A stretch of DNA of 64,000 nt from Eledone cirrhosa (taxonomy: Eukaryota): positions 164,610,001 to 164,674,000 of the forward strand of contig OZ024740.1 of assembly GCA_964016885.1 (NCBI GenBank), read 5' to 3'. Position numbers and translations under genes: made by a program. This document shows positions 40,706 to 55,825 of this stretch, piece by piece. How positions within the stretch are numbered: position 1 is the stretch's first letter; each line of letters opens with the position of its first letter. The notes beneath the pieces were generated by a model, which saw only the letters and a program-made list of their open reading frames with translations, was not told the origin of the DNA and searched no databases.

Positions 40706-42872
40706 CACACACAGAACAAACTAATGGGGTTTGCTGGGCCTCAGAAATTCGCCTTCGGTAACTGTAAAACCGAAAGTATCACTCGATCTAAGATGTATTG
40801 TATAAGATTGTTCTAAAACAGTGTTATCGCTTTATCGCAGTATGAGGCTTAATGCGTCTAAATCGCCGAATAATAATAGGACTTTGGAAAAATTACGTTA
40901 CATAGTCTTCATCTAAAACAATTTCAGAGTTCTAACTACACTGAAATTGATCAGATATAACTAAGTATGAATCAGTTGTGTTACATTCAGCATGATGCAC
41001 TTAAAACCCTATAATTATTTTTGATCAATGTCAGATACAATTTCTTATATAGAATTAATATAGAAAAGGATTAGTATTGTATAATGCACTAAAAATGTAG
41101 CATCAAGTATTGAAGCTTTGCAACATTTACTTACATTCCTCTAAAATTCCATGCTGGTTGTAGTTGCATCTTAACTTTCCATCAACATAAATGCAATTTA
41201 ATAAAACACGCAACCTCAATATAGTAATTATTTTGTAATATATTTAATGTAGTGAGTTTTACAAACATAGCAGTGAATGATTAACTATATTAATCAAAAT
41301 CAAATATTATTTTGTTTATTTCACGTTATTTTAGTCTTAATATAAACCTCAGCAGGAAAACTACGACTTTACTGAATTTGCCAAACTAGAGATGAGAGAA
41401 TTACTGCTTTAGTGCACAAACTTAGACATTGGTAGTCGTAGAATTGCTGAGGAAATAATCGCCTAAACCGTTAAGATAATTGGATTTTCAACAAAAATAT
41501 GAATAATGCAGAAACCAATACTTGAAATCATTGAGTGGCTTCAGCTGCTTCAAATAGCTATGAAATAAGTATTAAAAGAAATATTTCATAAATTCTATTA
41601 TATTCATTGTCAAGAGGAATAATTATTTCTATAGTTGATTTTTTTGTTCTTCATACCAATGCACTCTTTTTTAATAACTGTTCGAAACTTGTGACATATC
41701 ACACTTGTAATGTCTTCTAGATATACTGTAATAAACTAATACAGAAAAAACCTTCTCGGGGCTTTTAATTATTGTGGAAAGAAACCCCAGAACGAAATTA
41801 TCTGAGGTTGTTGTCAGGAAAATAGTACAGGGTAAATCTAAGACCCAGTATTCTGTGGCACAACGACTCTAATAATCAAATAATAATCCTTTCACAATCT
41901 TCTATTTCCCACTTATGCACAGTTATTATTCTTTACCGTTTATCGTCTGCTTTGTTTTTGTTGCGCTGATATGTTTTCTCTCTTTATTTCTTAGTCTTAA
42001 TTATCTTTATTTGTTTCTCTCTCCCCCTTTCTGTCACTCTGCTATTCACTGTTATTTTCTATATCTCCATCTATTATTCCTTCTTCTCTATCATTTCACT
42101 TTTCTTTCGTTGTTCTTCACCATCAGCCATCATATCATCCCTCACTAGTTTCCACTTTTATTCTCTATTATATTCTCTTGTCTTATTTTCTTTCTCTTCC
42201 ACCTGCCTATTTTTCCTATGTCCAAACTGTGTACCTCTCACTCCACCACTTAGCCTTTCTTTAAACTTTTATCGGGTTCTACTTTCTGAAAGTTTTCTTT
42301 TCCTTTTCTCCCTCTCTCGTATTTACTACCTCTTATTATCTTTCTGTTTATCTGTCTGTCTATTTTTCTTTCGCAGTTATTTCTTAACGAACTATATCTT
42401 TCACTTTGTCTCTCCAATAATCCTGACAGGAATGACCAGCAATATACTGTAGTTAGAATAATACATTTTAACCCCTTCTTACAAAAGTCAGTTTTGAAAC
42501 TATTTTATACGATGCCATAAAGAACATCTCCAAACCAATTTCTATTTCATTTTATAGCTTTATTCCATTACATAGCAAGTGCTCATGGAAAACGCATCGA
42601 TATCCTATAATCTCATCCCACTTTCTCTTTAAGATGGAGGCTTTAGGATGAAATAAAAAAATTACTGTACAGAAATGTTTGAATGGGCTACCGGAACTGG
42701 CGGAGTATCAGACTAGATAGTGCTTTGCTGAATTTAGTTACGTAACATCATAACCTTCAATGCATATATCGCTAGGGATTGCCTTTTATATGTCACCCTT
42801 TCAGCATCAATAATACAAGTTACAAGTGTATTAAAATTGGTTTGTTTCCATGCTATTCTGTACTACATGATA

Positions 42873-43056
42873 TAATTGTTTCTACTTTTGGCACAAGGCC
42901 AGCAATTACCCGGTGCATTACTGGTACTTTATTTTATCGAACCCTGTAAGGATGAAAGGCAAAGTTTACCTCGGCGGGATTTGAACTCAGAATAGCAAGG
43001 GTCATAACTCTATGCGTCAAAGCATGGCGTCCGACCCTCTTCTGGTACTGCCAATC
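42873..43056 (-). mobile_element. tRNA-derived SINE
   Basis: Reverse complement of the SINE consensus. Confidence 0.92.
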
Positions 43057-44644
43057 CTGATAGATATTTAGCAGACACCTTTCTTTTATATTCAATATAT
43101 TTGTATATTGATATCAATATGTTTGTGGACTAATAATTGGAGTCCTCGGTCACTACTAAAACCCCAACACAGGTTCGGGGCTATTTAAAATGATCACTAA
43201 TTTTCTATCGACGAAGATATTATATATAATTAAAAGATGTTTACATATGTCTCTACAAATAGTGTCGGCTAAAAATATACAGATATATTCTGTAGTACAG
43301 TATATCAAGAATAAACATACTATTCACTCTCTACCGGAATTGTTTTAATCATTTGAACAATATTTCTAATGTATAAGGTCATATGTCAAGGAGAAACATT
43401 ATTAATGTAAAGTGAATTAGCAGATACGATAATATTGTATGAAGTGACTTACGGTCTGGTCCAAATCAATTTTGCTTTTCATCCTTCCCGTGTTGATGAG
43501 ATAACATAGAAGACAGGTAGTAATGTCCATATATTTGAATGTAACCTTCCTACAACTTCCCACAATTGTGTCAATGCTAGTTCATTATACACGAACTCAG
43601 TTAACGAAAGAGTTTCGACACATTAATTACAATATTAGTAAACGTTGAAGTTATTAAAAAGATGTACGGCACAGTTAGATATGTTTCAATTGGAATGGGA
43701 TACATTTGTGGAGTATATTACAAATTAATAATATCCATTATGTCTCGTGGCGATAAAAATTAATGTTTCAGTTTAAAAAAATCAATAGCGAGATGTGGAG
43801 GCGAGTTGATTGAAATGTATATGAAATATTTAATAGATATTTAAGGAAAAGTAAATTAATGAAATTTGGTATGTTTTCATCACTAAGTTTGTACTTTTAT
43901 TAAATTATTTTCTTCGCATTCTACATAAAGCAGTGAAAATGCACATACCATTACAACTGGAGTCCTTCTATATTTCCCTCCGTCATTCTTTAAAATTATT
44001 ATTAAACAACCCGTTGGCCATGTCTCTCTAATCTTTATAAGATCTACCAGATTGGTTTAACAATGCGCCGTTGATGGGGACTATTATGACCGAAATATAA
44101 CCGGAGTTGTCAACGTGTAAATAAAGATCAGAGTCACTCCACTTTACATTTCATATTTAATTACTTTTAGTTATGAAGAACATTTTAAGTGCCCCCAGGC
44201 GACAGATTGGGCCTATCATAGCGGCATTAGAAAGTAAAACACAAACAGGTGGAGCTTGGTATATTTTATCGAGCCCAGATATTGAATCTCGGCGGGACTT
44301 AAACTCACAACGCAAATAACCTGAACAAAAACAGAACTATATGTATTTAACCAAGGAATATTCCAGAAAACGATGTGTCCGAAATACTAGCCAATGAAGG
44401 GATCTGTGTAGTTTTGGGATATTAGTGTTTTATCAAAACAAATAGTGTATAAATTGTATTAATGATTAAAGGCAGTATTAATTATTGTATTATTTTATTA
44501 TCATTTTTTTGTAATGAAAGTTCCCTTTTATGTTATCATCGCAAGTGTGGACAGTTTAACGACTAATTTAGTGCCAGCTATAGCGCCGTAATAAGAATAA
44601 TAACAATAAGAAAATAAATTAATGTAGTGGAAGCAATAAAGCCA

Positions 44645-44925
44645 GGTGACGGTGGTGGTGGTGGTGGTAATGATGATGATGATGGTGGTGATGACGATGG
44701 CAAGAATGAAAATGATGAGGGTGATGTCAACGAGAATGATGATACATTTTATCTTAATGATAAAGATGGTGATGGTAGCGAGGATGTTGTAAATGCGTTG
44801 ATGATGATGATGATGATGATGACGACGACAATTTAAACAACAAAGATTATAAAGATGATGTTGATGATGATACTGCTACTACTGATGATGATGGTGATGA
44901 TGATGATGAGGATAATAAAGTTGAT
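44645..44925. repeat. (GAT)n/(GGT)n degenerate trinucleotide repeat
   Basis: Direct reading. Confidence 0.85.
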
Positions 44926-45513
44926 GCTGCTCTTGTTATTGTTGGTTCCTATCACTAAAGCACCTGACACTGCTGCCCTTCGTGAGGATAATCAACACTA
45001 ACTTATTGGCAACGAGTGTTTTATATTCGTCATTATCGTCGTCTTTGTTAGTTTTAGCTTCATTGTTGCTATTGTTCTTTAAATGTAAAATAGAAAATAT
45101 ACTGCATCATAATAAACACAATATTATACATTCTAATAAATAAAGGGAATTTAATCTCTTTTAGAGCTTATTGGCAGGAAATCTGATTAAACAGGACGAA
45201 TACTAAAAAAGCAGTAAAATTGATCATTGAATCAACATGTACCTTAAAAGCAACCGTATCATTTCAGAGACAGAAAGCGTGACTTATTGTACTATGGATG
45301 ACAATAATTACAATAAATATCTTTGTCGTAAAATTTATTAGTCGATAATTCTATGGATGCCGATAAAAAGCAACGCTTCATGTGTGAATTTATTAATATT
45401 ACTTTCGGGTGTTTCATGTAATGTAAAAATAGAATAGTGTATAAGAATGTATTTCTTTCTTTGTTTCTCTCTAGTGTCAATCTGTCTGCCTGTCTCTCTC
45501 TCTCTCTCAATAT

Positions 45514-45549
<36 letters not shown>

Positions 45550-45742
45550 ATTATATATATATATTATATATATTATATATATATACGTATATATAATATA
45601 TATATAGGTATATATAATATATATAATATATATATATATATATACATATATATAATATATATAATATATATATTTATATATACGTATATATAATATATAT
45701 TATATATATATATATACGTATATATAATATATATATATATAC

Positions 45743-45778
<36 letters not shown>

Positions 45779-45834
45779 AATAAACAAGAGAGATGAACAC
45801 TAATATAAACATACATGTGTTCGAATTGTAAGGA

Positions 45835-45920
45835 CGGCATTTGAACTCAGAATGGCAAGGACCGTAACTATATGCGTCAAAGCATGGCGTCCGACCCTCT
45901 ACCGATACTGCCAATCCACC
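45835..45920 (-). mobile_element. SINE 5' half
   Basis: ttgaactcagaatggcaagg...ccgatactgccaatccaccg. Confidence 0.85.
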
Positions 45921-46000
45921 GAAGACTAAATCCAAAGAGGGTTCGATAAGGATAAATATATATCAGCGATTCTTTGCTTAAACTTTAATCTGCTATTTTA

Positions 46001-46185
<185 letters not shown>

Positions 46186-46207
46186 GTATAAAAATCAATA
46201 CAATATA

Positions 46208-46285
46208 ATTACCTCATTACCAGAGGTTTCCCGAATGAGGTGAATACGAAAGTAACGTCTTCATTCGTTCGTCAGACGAGGCAAT
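46208..46285 (-). ncRNA. Type I hammerhead ribozyme
   Basis: Minus strand: attgcctcgt-CTGACGA-acgaatga..tcattcgg-GAAA-cc tct gg-TA-atgaggtaat; 10-bp stem I. Confidence 0.9.
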
Positions 46286-47208
46286 ATAAAACATGGCTAA
46301 ATACTTGGAAAGCCTCATCAAGAAAAGCAAAAAAAATTATATATAAATATAAACAAAGGAATTACAATAGCCATATGAAATATAAAAAAATCTTTCAAGA
46401 AATATAGTTAGGTGTGTGTATATGTATGTATATACGCTCACAGATGTACATACGTGTGTATGTACAAATGTGTACGTATAGTGAAGAAGTGTGCGTAAAT
46501 ATATGTGTTAGTGCAAGTGTATCTGTGTATCTGAAACTACAGACAGACATGATGTGATTCTATGTCTGGCAGGTACACATAAAAACAGGGTATTAGATAC
46601 ATTATAAGAATATGAAGGCACGCGTATAAACACACCCACACGCACGTACACTTATATGCGGAAGTAAAAGAGGTAAGGGAGTGTAATAATTAAAAGAAAG
46701 TATCATTCTCGATATATTTATAAAAAATGGAACAATAATTTAGAAAGAAAAAATTAAAGAAAAGAAGACAAACAAGGTACACGTGTACACACACACACAT
46801 ATATTTACAAGAAACGTATATCTATAAGAAATATATATATATACACGCAAAAACGTGCAGACAAAAGTGTATGCAAGCACACATACGCACACAGGATGCA
46901 CATATATACGCATATACGCCTCGCCCCATGTATATCTAAACACGAGCACGCACGCGACTGTATACACACTCGCACACACACACACACAAAAATATACATG
47001 CTTATATACATACGCAGACTTACACATCCATACAATCGGTACGTACACACACACACACACACACATACATACACTCACGCATATTGACCTGTTTACATGC
47101 ACACACATAAAAATGAGAATGTAAAAAAAGAAGAAAAAAAAAGGAAAAAAAGAAAAAAACAAAACAAAAAACATAGATGTAAAAACACAGAAATAAAGAC
47201 ATATACAT

Positions 47209-47291
<83 letters not shown>

Positions 47292-47623
47292 CACGCACGC
47301 GCGCGCACATACGGAGGCGTTCGTGTACATATATAGAAAGTATACACACATTAAGGCGCTCAGACACATATATACAGGGTGTAAAAAGCCTTGTGGATAA
47401 GTAAGTACAAATATAAAATTATTGGCTGCGAAATAACAAAAAATATCTGGAGTGGAAAACGCAAGTGACCTCTGTAATCAGTTAGTGAAGAAAATAGTGG
47501 AAAGTGAAGATATTAGGTAAGTGAATCGGAGAATAAGGGGGGGGGGTTATAGGTGGATGTGAAGTAAAAATAAAAAAAAATAAAAATAAAAATAAAAATA
47601 AAAATAAAAATGAAATTAATAAT

Positions 47624-47808
47624 TGTTTCTACTTTAGGCACAAGGCCAGCAATTACCCAGTGCATTACTGGTACTTTATTTTATCGACCCCGTAAGGATG
47701 AAAGGCAAAGTCAACCTCGGCGGGATTTGAACTCAGATCGTAAAGGGACGTAACTATGCTGGAAAGCATGACGTCCGACCCTCTACCGATACTGCCAATC
47801 CACCACCC
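47624..47808 (-). mobile_element. Young SINE with target-site duplication
   Basis: Flanked by aaaatgaaattaataat on both sides. Confidence 0.95.
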
Positions 47809-48379
47809 TAAAAATGAAATTAATAATAAGGATAAAAATGAAAGTAAATCAGAAAGGGTAGTCATAAAGAGAATAATAAGAGTTTATGGAGAATAAGTAT
47901 CTGAAAGTGTGTTAAGTTTATATGAGCTGGAAAGCAGGTGTGATTTCATGTGTGGGCAACTGGTGAAAATTTCTGTCTTTGTGTTCAGGCAGGTCTTTGG
48001 TGATTTATATTTTGCAAGATCCAATATTTTTCATTTATGCAGAGCGTGCATTTTCTTGTTCCTCTTGCATATTCTTTAGATTGGTTCAAAATTGACCAAT
48101 CCAATTTATATTGGATACCTTGGTCTTTCAAATCCCATATTCTGCTAGCCAGAGCTGTTGTAAATCTTTTTTCTGGATGTCGAAATGATCTGACATGTGA
48201 GTAATAACGCGTTTTGAATTTGTCTTGCGTCATACCCACATATCGTTCACTGGTGGCTGGATGGTTGTTGCTGATGGTTGTCACTTTAGCCGCATATACA
48301 ATGGCTTTGGTGTTGCATTTACCTTGTAATGGGCATTCACTTTTGATTCTACAGGAGCAATTTTGATGTTCTCTAGGTG

Positions 48380-48439
<60 letters not shown>

Positions 48440-48559
48440 CTAGTGGTTACCAGGCATTTTGCCCAATACAGGTCTGTTATTTTTCTTAATTTACAACTCA
48501 AAATTAAGTCTGACAAACCATATTGCTGTAGTTAGTATTTTTCACCCTAGCAAAACTAG

Positions 48560-48684
48560 TCCTTACAATTCGAACACATGTATGTTTGTATTAGTGTTCA
48601 TCTCTCTTGTTTATTAATTTATATTACACGGCTCGGAAAGACTTTTTTCTTAGAGCTATTTAATTGTAAGAGTTTCTAACTCAC
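48560..48684 (+). mobile_element. Family G-like PLE end with tail; matching inverted arm at 45772-45834
   Basis: 48560-48623 is the reverse complement of 45772-45834; tail homologous to 6650-6724. Confidence 0.7.
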
Positions 48685-48712
48685 TATATATATATATATA
48701 TATATATATACG

Positions 48713-48754
<42 letters not shown>

Positions 48755-48782
48755 ATATAATATAATATATATATATATATAT

Positions 48783-48978
48783 AGGAAAATGTAAGACCCC
48801 GACGGCAGAGCTCAAGCCCTTTCGACGGCTATTTCTGGACTCCAGAAATGTAAGACCCCAACGGCTTGAGGTCTGCCGTTGGCGTCTTACATTTTTCTAA
48901 TACCCACTCTACTACTCTAAGTATTGAGTACTCTGGTGCGTTATTGTCCATCTGGTTCCTTACCACAACTCCTTCGTT
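48783..48978 (+). mobile_element. Mini fold-back of family A (rearranged) in (TA)n
   Basis: Homologous to 6916-7128. Confidence 0.85.
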
Positions 48979-49010
48979 ATATATATATATATATTGAATA
49001 TATATATATA

Positions 49011-49196
49011 TAATTGTTTCTACTTTAGGCACAAGCCAGCAATTACCCAGTGCATTACTGGTACTTTATTTTATCGACCCCGTAAGGATGAAAGGCAAAG
49101 TCAACCTCGGCGGGATTTGAACTCAGATCGTAAAAGGACGTAACTATGCTGGAAAGCATGGCGTGCGACCCTCTACCGATACTGCCAAACCACCGC
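49011..49196 (-). mobile_element. Young SINE
   Basis: Near-identical to 47624-47808. Confidence 0.95.
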
Positions 49197-50038
49197 TATA
49201 TATATAATGAAATCTAATGATATCCTATTAAATAAGCGACAATAATTAATTATATCTTGCAATCATAGAATTAGAAGAACTTTCAAATATTACAAACCTA
49301 ATTAATATACACCTTACACTTATATTTTACATATTATTATAATTAGTTTTATTAAATTAGTTTACCTATAATTAGTACTTTACTTCAGAGAACTTCATAA
49401 TTTTATTTCCCTCTTACAGCTCTCTTTTCCTAAAATTAATACCTAAAAGTATACATATAAATTAATTTAATTTCCTGTTATGAATCTAGATTCTTTGTAG
49501 TCTATATAAAATTGGTATTTCTCACTACTACATTTATCCCAAAATTTTATTTTCCTTCGTTTTTAACAACATTTGTTAATAACATCTAATTTTTATTTAT
49601 CACATCCATATGAATTAATGTAAATTTATCCCTATAAGTATACCTATCAATTAATTTAATTTCTTGTTATAGATCTAATTTCCTTCTGTTTTACATAAGA
49701 TGGGTATTTCTCACTAACTACTTTACCCTAAAACTTTATTTTCCTTCGGCTTTAACATTAACATTATTCTTTAATAACATAAAATTTTCATGTACCATTC
49801 ACCGGCTTGACCTCTTTTCATCCCCAAAGTATTCTTTTCATTCAAAGTATTCTTTCCATTCAAAAACTTAAGTTAGCATTCCTCTACCCCTAAATTAAAT
49901 TTCTACTACTACTATTCTATCAACTTGACCTCTTACTACTTTTCTATTGGTCAATTCAAACCCTGTTCTCAAACAGACCTATTATATTAAATCTTTGATG
50001 TTTTTTTTTTTCAATAAACAAATATCATTATTTCTGAA

Positions 50039-50218
50039 TGGCAGTATCGGTAGAGGGTCGGACGCCATGCTTTCCAGCATAGTTACGTCCCTTTACGATC
50101 TGAGTTCAAATCCCGCCGAGGTTGACTTTGCCTTTCATCCTTACGGGGTCGATAAAATAAAGTACCAGTAATGCACTGGGTAATTGCTGGCCTTGTGCCT
50201 AAAGTAGAAACAATTATT
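50039..50218 (+). mobile_element. Young SINE
   Basis: Near-identical to the reverse complement of 47624-47808. Confidence 0.95.
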
Positions 50219-50853
50219 TCTGAAGACAGCATATATATGTGAAGGTATGTATATCTGATAGTTTGTAAAATTTTTACATACATTTATATCCTAGAAACCA
50301 TCGTAAAATGATGAATTTTTTAATATAAGGAACTTGTTCTTTGTTTTTATTCATTGTTTTTATTAATTTATATATATATATATTTTTTAATATCGTATAT
50401 ATATATATATATATATTAATAGAACAGGCGTAGCTTCGGCCGCTTTCTCACTCACTCAATGGATATCTAATTTCGTATTATTAAAATTCGAACCCAGCTG
50501 GCCAGAGTGCACACTTTTGTTAAACAGTGAGGGAAAAAAGTTCGTGTGGGTAAGATGATACGGCGCGTGGAGTGATCATATATATGCACTCTCACACACA
50601 AATATATATATAATGGTGAGTTTGAATCACATCAAAGGTTTATGGTGGAAGCAACACTGTTTAATACAGAAATCCGCGCTTATCAATAACCTTGTACGTC
50701 CGATTTTAATATCAAAGCACAGCGCCTGTGAGATGTCTGTAGTATTTATATAAATATATATAGGGATGATAATTATTTCCAATACAGTGTATATATATAT
50801 CGTGGAAGAGCTATGGTAGTGATTCAAACACACGCACTCATCTTATACACAGA

Positions 50854-50888
<35 letters not shown>

Positions 50889-51150
50889 TAAACATAAATT
50901 TAACGTTTCCAATTGTTAATCGTAATTTCTGACCTTACAATATACTGTGTAGACGCCAACTATATATATCTTTGTTAAAGATATATGTTTTGGGAAAACA
51001 TTTTTCGCGGCACTTTCTAGCACTCCTGACCAGCTTGAATGTAACCTGATCTCACCGCTGGCTAGAAGCTGCTAAATGTTCAGCCGCCCTCATGTCTCTG
51101 CTTTTCAGCCTCAGGGATTTTGACTATTATATCCCATTGTTAAATTTCAA

Positions 51151-51208
51151 ATACCTGATGATGTCACCGGATTCATACTGAACCTGATCACTGAAATGAT
51201 CATAGTAT
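51151..51208 (+). ncRNA. Type I hammerhead ribozyme (family I)
   Basis: atac-CTGATGA-tgtcaccgg..cctgatcact-GAAA-tgatca-TA-gtat; palindromic atgatcat; 3' half repeated at 51776-51863, ending at (TA)n. Confidence 0.8.
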
Positions 51209-51445
51209 AATAAACCTTTTAAGGAATTACACCAGTCCAGCCTCTTGTTATTTTATAATAATTAACTCCGTACTCGCACCACCAACAACACAAAAGAAGA
51301 CGGGTGAGTTGCATTACGTCGAGTGCTCTCCCTAATATTACATCGAGGTCCACCATGCGGAATGACCAGTTCTATCCAGTGGTGAACCAAGAAACCTAAA
51401 TAAATAATGCTCCAGGAAATGTCAAGCGCTTTCAGATGTAATAAT

Positions 51446-51629
51446 TGTTTCTACTTTAGGCACAAGGCCAGCAATTACCCAGTGCATTACTGGTACTTTA
51501 TTTTATCGACCCGGTAAGGATGAAAGGCAAAGTCAACCTCGGCGGGATTTGAACTCAGATTGTAAATGGACGTAACTATGCTTGAAAGCATGGCGTCCGA
51601 CCCTCTACCGATACTGCCAATCCACCGCC
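51446..51629 (-). mobile_element. Young SINE with 13-bp target-site duplication
   Basis: cagatgtaataat at 51433-51445 and 51630-51642. Confidence 0.95.
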
Positions 51630-51856
51630 CAGATGTAATAATGAATAGCGGCATTGACTCCAGTGTACAGCTATCGCCAGCATGGGATTAACTACACACC
51701 ATTCGGATTTTGGGTGCATTAAGTTATGTCTACCGCCCACCCGGACCATGCATTGCTGCTTCCCTGTCGGGAATATTCATACTGAACCCGGTCACTGAAA
51801 TGATCATAGTATAATAAACATTTCAAGGAATTACACCAGTCCAGCCTCCTGTTATT

Positions 51857-51956
<100 letters not shown>

Positions 51957-52724
51957 ATACCAATATTTATAATACCAATATTCATGTACTTTGAATTACT
52001 ATTTTTTATCACTAAAACATTTATAGCATATATTGAAAGGGAAGGCCGGCTGTCTCTGTGTGTGGTATGATGAATAATGGTATTTACTCGGAACACCATT
52101 GATAGCAGGATGGGGTTTCATCAGTTTGCTTTTTAATTTTCATCATATACTAGTATCTATTATGTCTAACATCAGTTAGATTAATTTTCAGCAGCTAATT
52201 TATAATTTATAATTAGTGCTGAATGATTTCTTTCTGGTGTTTTCAGCAATATTATTCACTTACCCAGATTCTATATGTGTTTGCGTATAATGTGGAAGAA
52301 CATATTTTAAAACTTGGTTTCGATGGTGTACTATGGTGTCAGAATTAGTCATTATGAACACAGATTTGTGGGAATCAAAGTAGGCACTTGAGCGAGTTCG
52401 CTGATTTTATAAATGGCAAATAGTGTATTTGTGAAATTATCTATCAAAATCCTCACTTAATTGAATGCAAAAATTCCAGAATCCCTGGAAATCTTACAGA
52501 AAAAAATATTCAATATAAGCAGAAAAAATATTCAATCAGTATTCTCGTATGAAATAATTATGGTCATCAACTGAAATAACATAACTAACCGATATGATTA
52601 AGATTTGAGTTCATATAAAATAGAAACATACGTGGCTTGTTAAATACATCAGAGTAATGTACAAAAAATAATTTGGGAAAATCGGATATATACATACATA
52701 TTTATATATTTATATACATACATA

Positions 52725-52939
52725 TATACTTGGGTAGGGTCATATTGTTGTAATAATATTGCCAGAATTAATAACAGAACACACTCACTGTTTGGTTGGT
52801 TTTTACTTCTGTATCTTTTATATCAGTTAGTGTGTTCTGTTATTAATTCTGGCAATATTATTACAACAATATGACCCTCCCCAAGTATAACAACATTTGT
52901 TTCGACGCACGATTTCATATCAAAAACCTCGCAAAACTC

Positions 52940-52940
<1 letters not shown>
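52725..52940 (+). mobile_element. Fold-back PLE end with about 50-nt tail, related to the 37103 element end
   Basis: Arms 52725-52790 and 52824-52889; end atgaccctcccca(a)gtataacaa shared with 37105-37130 (minus). Confidence 0.75.
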
Positions 52941-53005
<65 letters not shown>

Positions 53006-53444
53006 CCAAAATTAAATTAAGGATGTCATGTCTGATAAACATGCGCCATAACCTCTGTAGAATATGCTCAAAGATTCTAATGGATAGATCCGTGTATATA
53101 TATATATATATATATATATGTGGGGATGGGGGTGGGAGTGTGTGTGTGTGTATGTGGGAGAGGGTATTTGTGAGTGTATGTACAAATTTTACAAGTCTGT
53201 CATTGTTGAACTACTAGGTAAGTGTCTATAACTACACACACACACACACATAAATATATATAAATCATGGAGATAAAAAGTCTTATTAATTTCACGCATT
53301 ATATTGGAAAGAGGAAAGGAAATTCGACGTGTCGGGCTTAAACCCTACCTCAGGAGTACAAAGTAGAAACAGAACTACGCCCTGTCGCTGCTCTTTTTAC
53401 CATCCTGTCCAGACAGCAGATTACCCACGGATCACGAATGTATG

Positions 53445-53501
<57 letters not shown>

Positions 53502-53533
53502 ATGTATATATATATATACATATAAATAAATGA

Positions 53534-53569
<36 letters not shown>

Positions 53570-55196
53570 ATTATGAGTAGAAACGAGTTGTCAAAAGATA
53601 TTCTCATATTTATTCACGTGTGAGGCGCGTACATCCATCCATCCATCCATACATACATACCTATAATCACAATTTTGTAGTTGCATCGGCTATGCAGTTT
53701 CACAGACTCTTTTATTCTTATATTTTAATTAAAGATTGCATATACTTAAATACTGATAAAATATCTTAAAACAACCTTTAATTAACAACGTCACTAGATT
53801 ATTTAATCAAAAAATACATCATGCAAGCAAAGCCAACGCATATTAATAATAATCAAATATACTGGCCTAGGAATATAGTGTATGACTTATGTACATGAAA
53901 ACTAAGCAACTAAAATTTAAAAAAACTATACATTCAGATAAAATAATGGTCCCCAATTTAGGAACAAGGCTAACAATTCTGATGTGAAAGCAAAGTTGAT
54001 TATCTCGATTTCAGTAAACGATTGTATTCTCTCGTCCCTGTGAGGTGGATAGGCAAAGTGGACATCTGCATGATTTGAACTCGAAAGTTAAAGAATTAAA
54101 ACCAAATACTACAAAACATTTTGTTTAGTCCCCCCCCCCCTAACACTTCTGCCTATCTACGGCAAACATCTGAGATTAAATAATCACAAGGATTCCTTAT
54201 CTTTCTAACAGCATGTCGTAATGTTATGTAAGACATGATAAAAATTGCCTTTTAGAAAAATATCATTCATATATCCTGCCCAGCTTCATATAAATATGAA
54301 GACACGCTAGATTTATGTAAATATAAGTAAACACACAATACATAAAATATCATTAGGAAAAAATCGATCTATTTGAAGAAGACAATTCAAAGCAAGTTTT
54401 AAAGGAGTTATATAGTATTTAGATTCCTATTAGTAAAACTATATCATTTATAATATTTCAGAGATTTATACCGCATATATACATCAGTATTTAGCAACTT
54501 TTCTTTAAAAAGTTTGATTCCATAAGAACATATTGTTAAAAGCTGACATGACATTATCTTTTGTTGTACTAGTATTGTTTGAGAATTTTATGTGGCCGAT
54601 AAAAATTTAAGACTAAATATCTAGCAATTTGTATATTTCAGATAGTAAAATATAATTTCGGTTTGAAATGAGTGAGGGATAAATCGATTCTAAATAAATT
54701 CACTGTTCATCTTATATATGAAAGAGGGGATGAATTCGTGATATTCGCGTTAACCCATTTGCAATTTTTTATAATGGTTACAGATTCCTCTAGGCACAAT
54801 TAAAATTAAGTTGATTTTTGATCATCTGATATTGAATTGGCGTTTGAGTAAGAGTTATGATATTTTGGTTGGCCACAATATGGTTTTTATGGTAAAGGGA
54901 GAAATACTTCTCGTGTTGGGGTTTGTTAATTTTTAAATTATAGAACACTTATTTTATTTTCTTGCTTCTGTGTTTTGCTGTAAATTTTTGGGGGATGTAG
55001 TCATTTATTTCTTTACTAAATCTACTTAGACCGTCGAAATAGTACACCAAATTTACCATGAAAATTCTTCATTTCAAGTTAATTTGTAGAATTTTACAGA
55101 TATATTTCTGAAAGATTATCAGCAAAGTTTTTCAGACGGAAAGAAATTTGTGAATAATATCAAATATTTGTAGGAACATATAAGTACTGTTGGATA

Positions 55197-55575
55197 TTAT
55201 AGATTTTTTTTTTTAAACATTTCTGTAATTTTTCCTAATCTTTGTCTTCCCCCAACTTCTCTCCAACGCCTGTATCTTTAATGACAAGAAATTAAATGCT
55301 GATGTGATGAAGGCACTTTAACCCATTTCTTACAGGTATGTCTCCAATAACCCTGCTTATAATTGTTCTACATATTTTCACTGTTTCCCTTGTTGATCTA
55401 GTACTATAGCGTGGTTTAACAGGTATGAGAGACTGGATACAAATCACAGCATAATGTTATTTCTAGACATATTTTTCATGTTGATATAAAAAGTTGGAGA
55501 GAAGTTGGAGAGAAGTTGGGGCGACAAAAATTAGGAAAAATGACAGAAATGTGTAAAAGAAAAAAAATCTATAAT
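55197..55575. repeat. Imperfect inverted repeat ending at (TA), probable PLE fold-back
   Basis: Arms about 55197-55267 and 55504-55575; no ribozyme core found. Confidence 0.55.
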
Positions 55576-55604
55576 TTATATATATGAATATATATGAATA
55601 TATA

Positions 55605-55768
55605 GTTGTTGTAGAGCTGAAGGTAAATGCGTCCGTAAGCATCTGATATATATTTCTGCTCTGTAGTATATCTGATATTTTACATTGAGCTACTTATCTT
55701 ACTGGTAATAGGATACTATCTAATATTACTCTTATCTAATTTATATTTCTATATATAAGTATAACTAT

Positions 55769-55770
<2 letters not shown>
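55605..55770 (+). mobile_element. Family F tail fragment between TA runs
   Basis: 55648-55730 is homologous to 63640-63715. Confidence 0.65.

Positions 55771-55822
<52 letters not shown>

Positions 55823-55825
<3 letters not shown>

Noticed and set aside
49440-49790. Roughly 190-bp imperfect direct duplication
   Set aside because: AT-rich local duplication with no spacer structure, ribozyme or coding signal; not CRISPR-like
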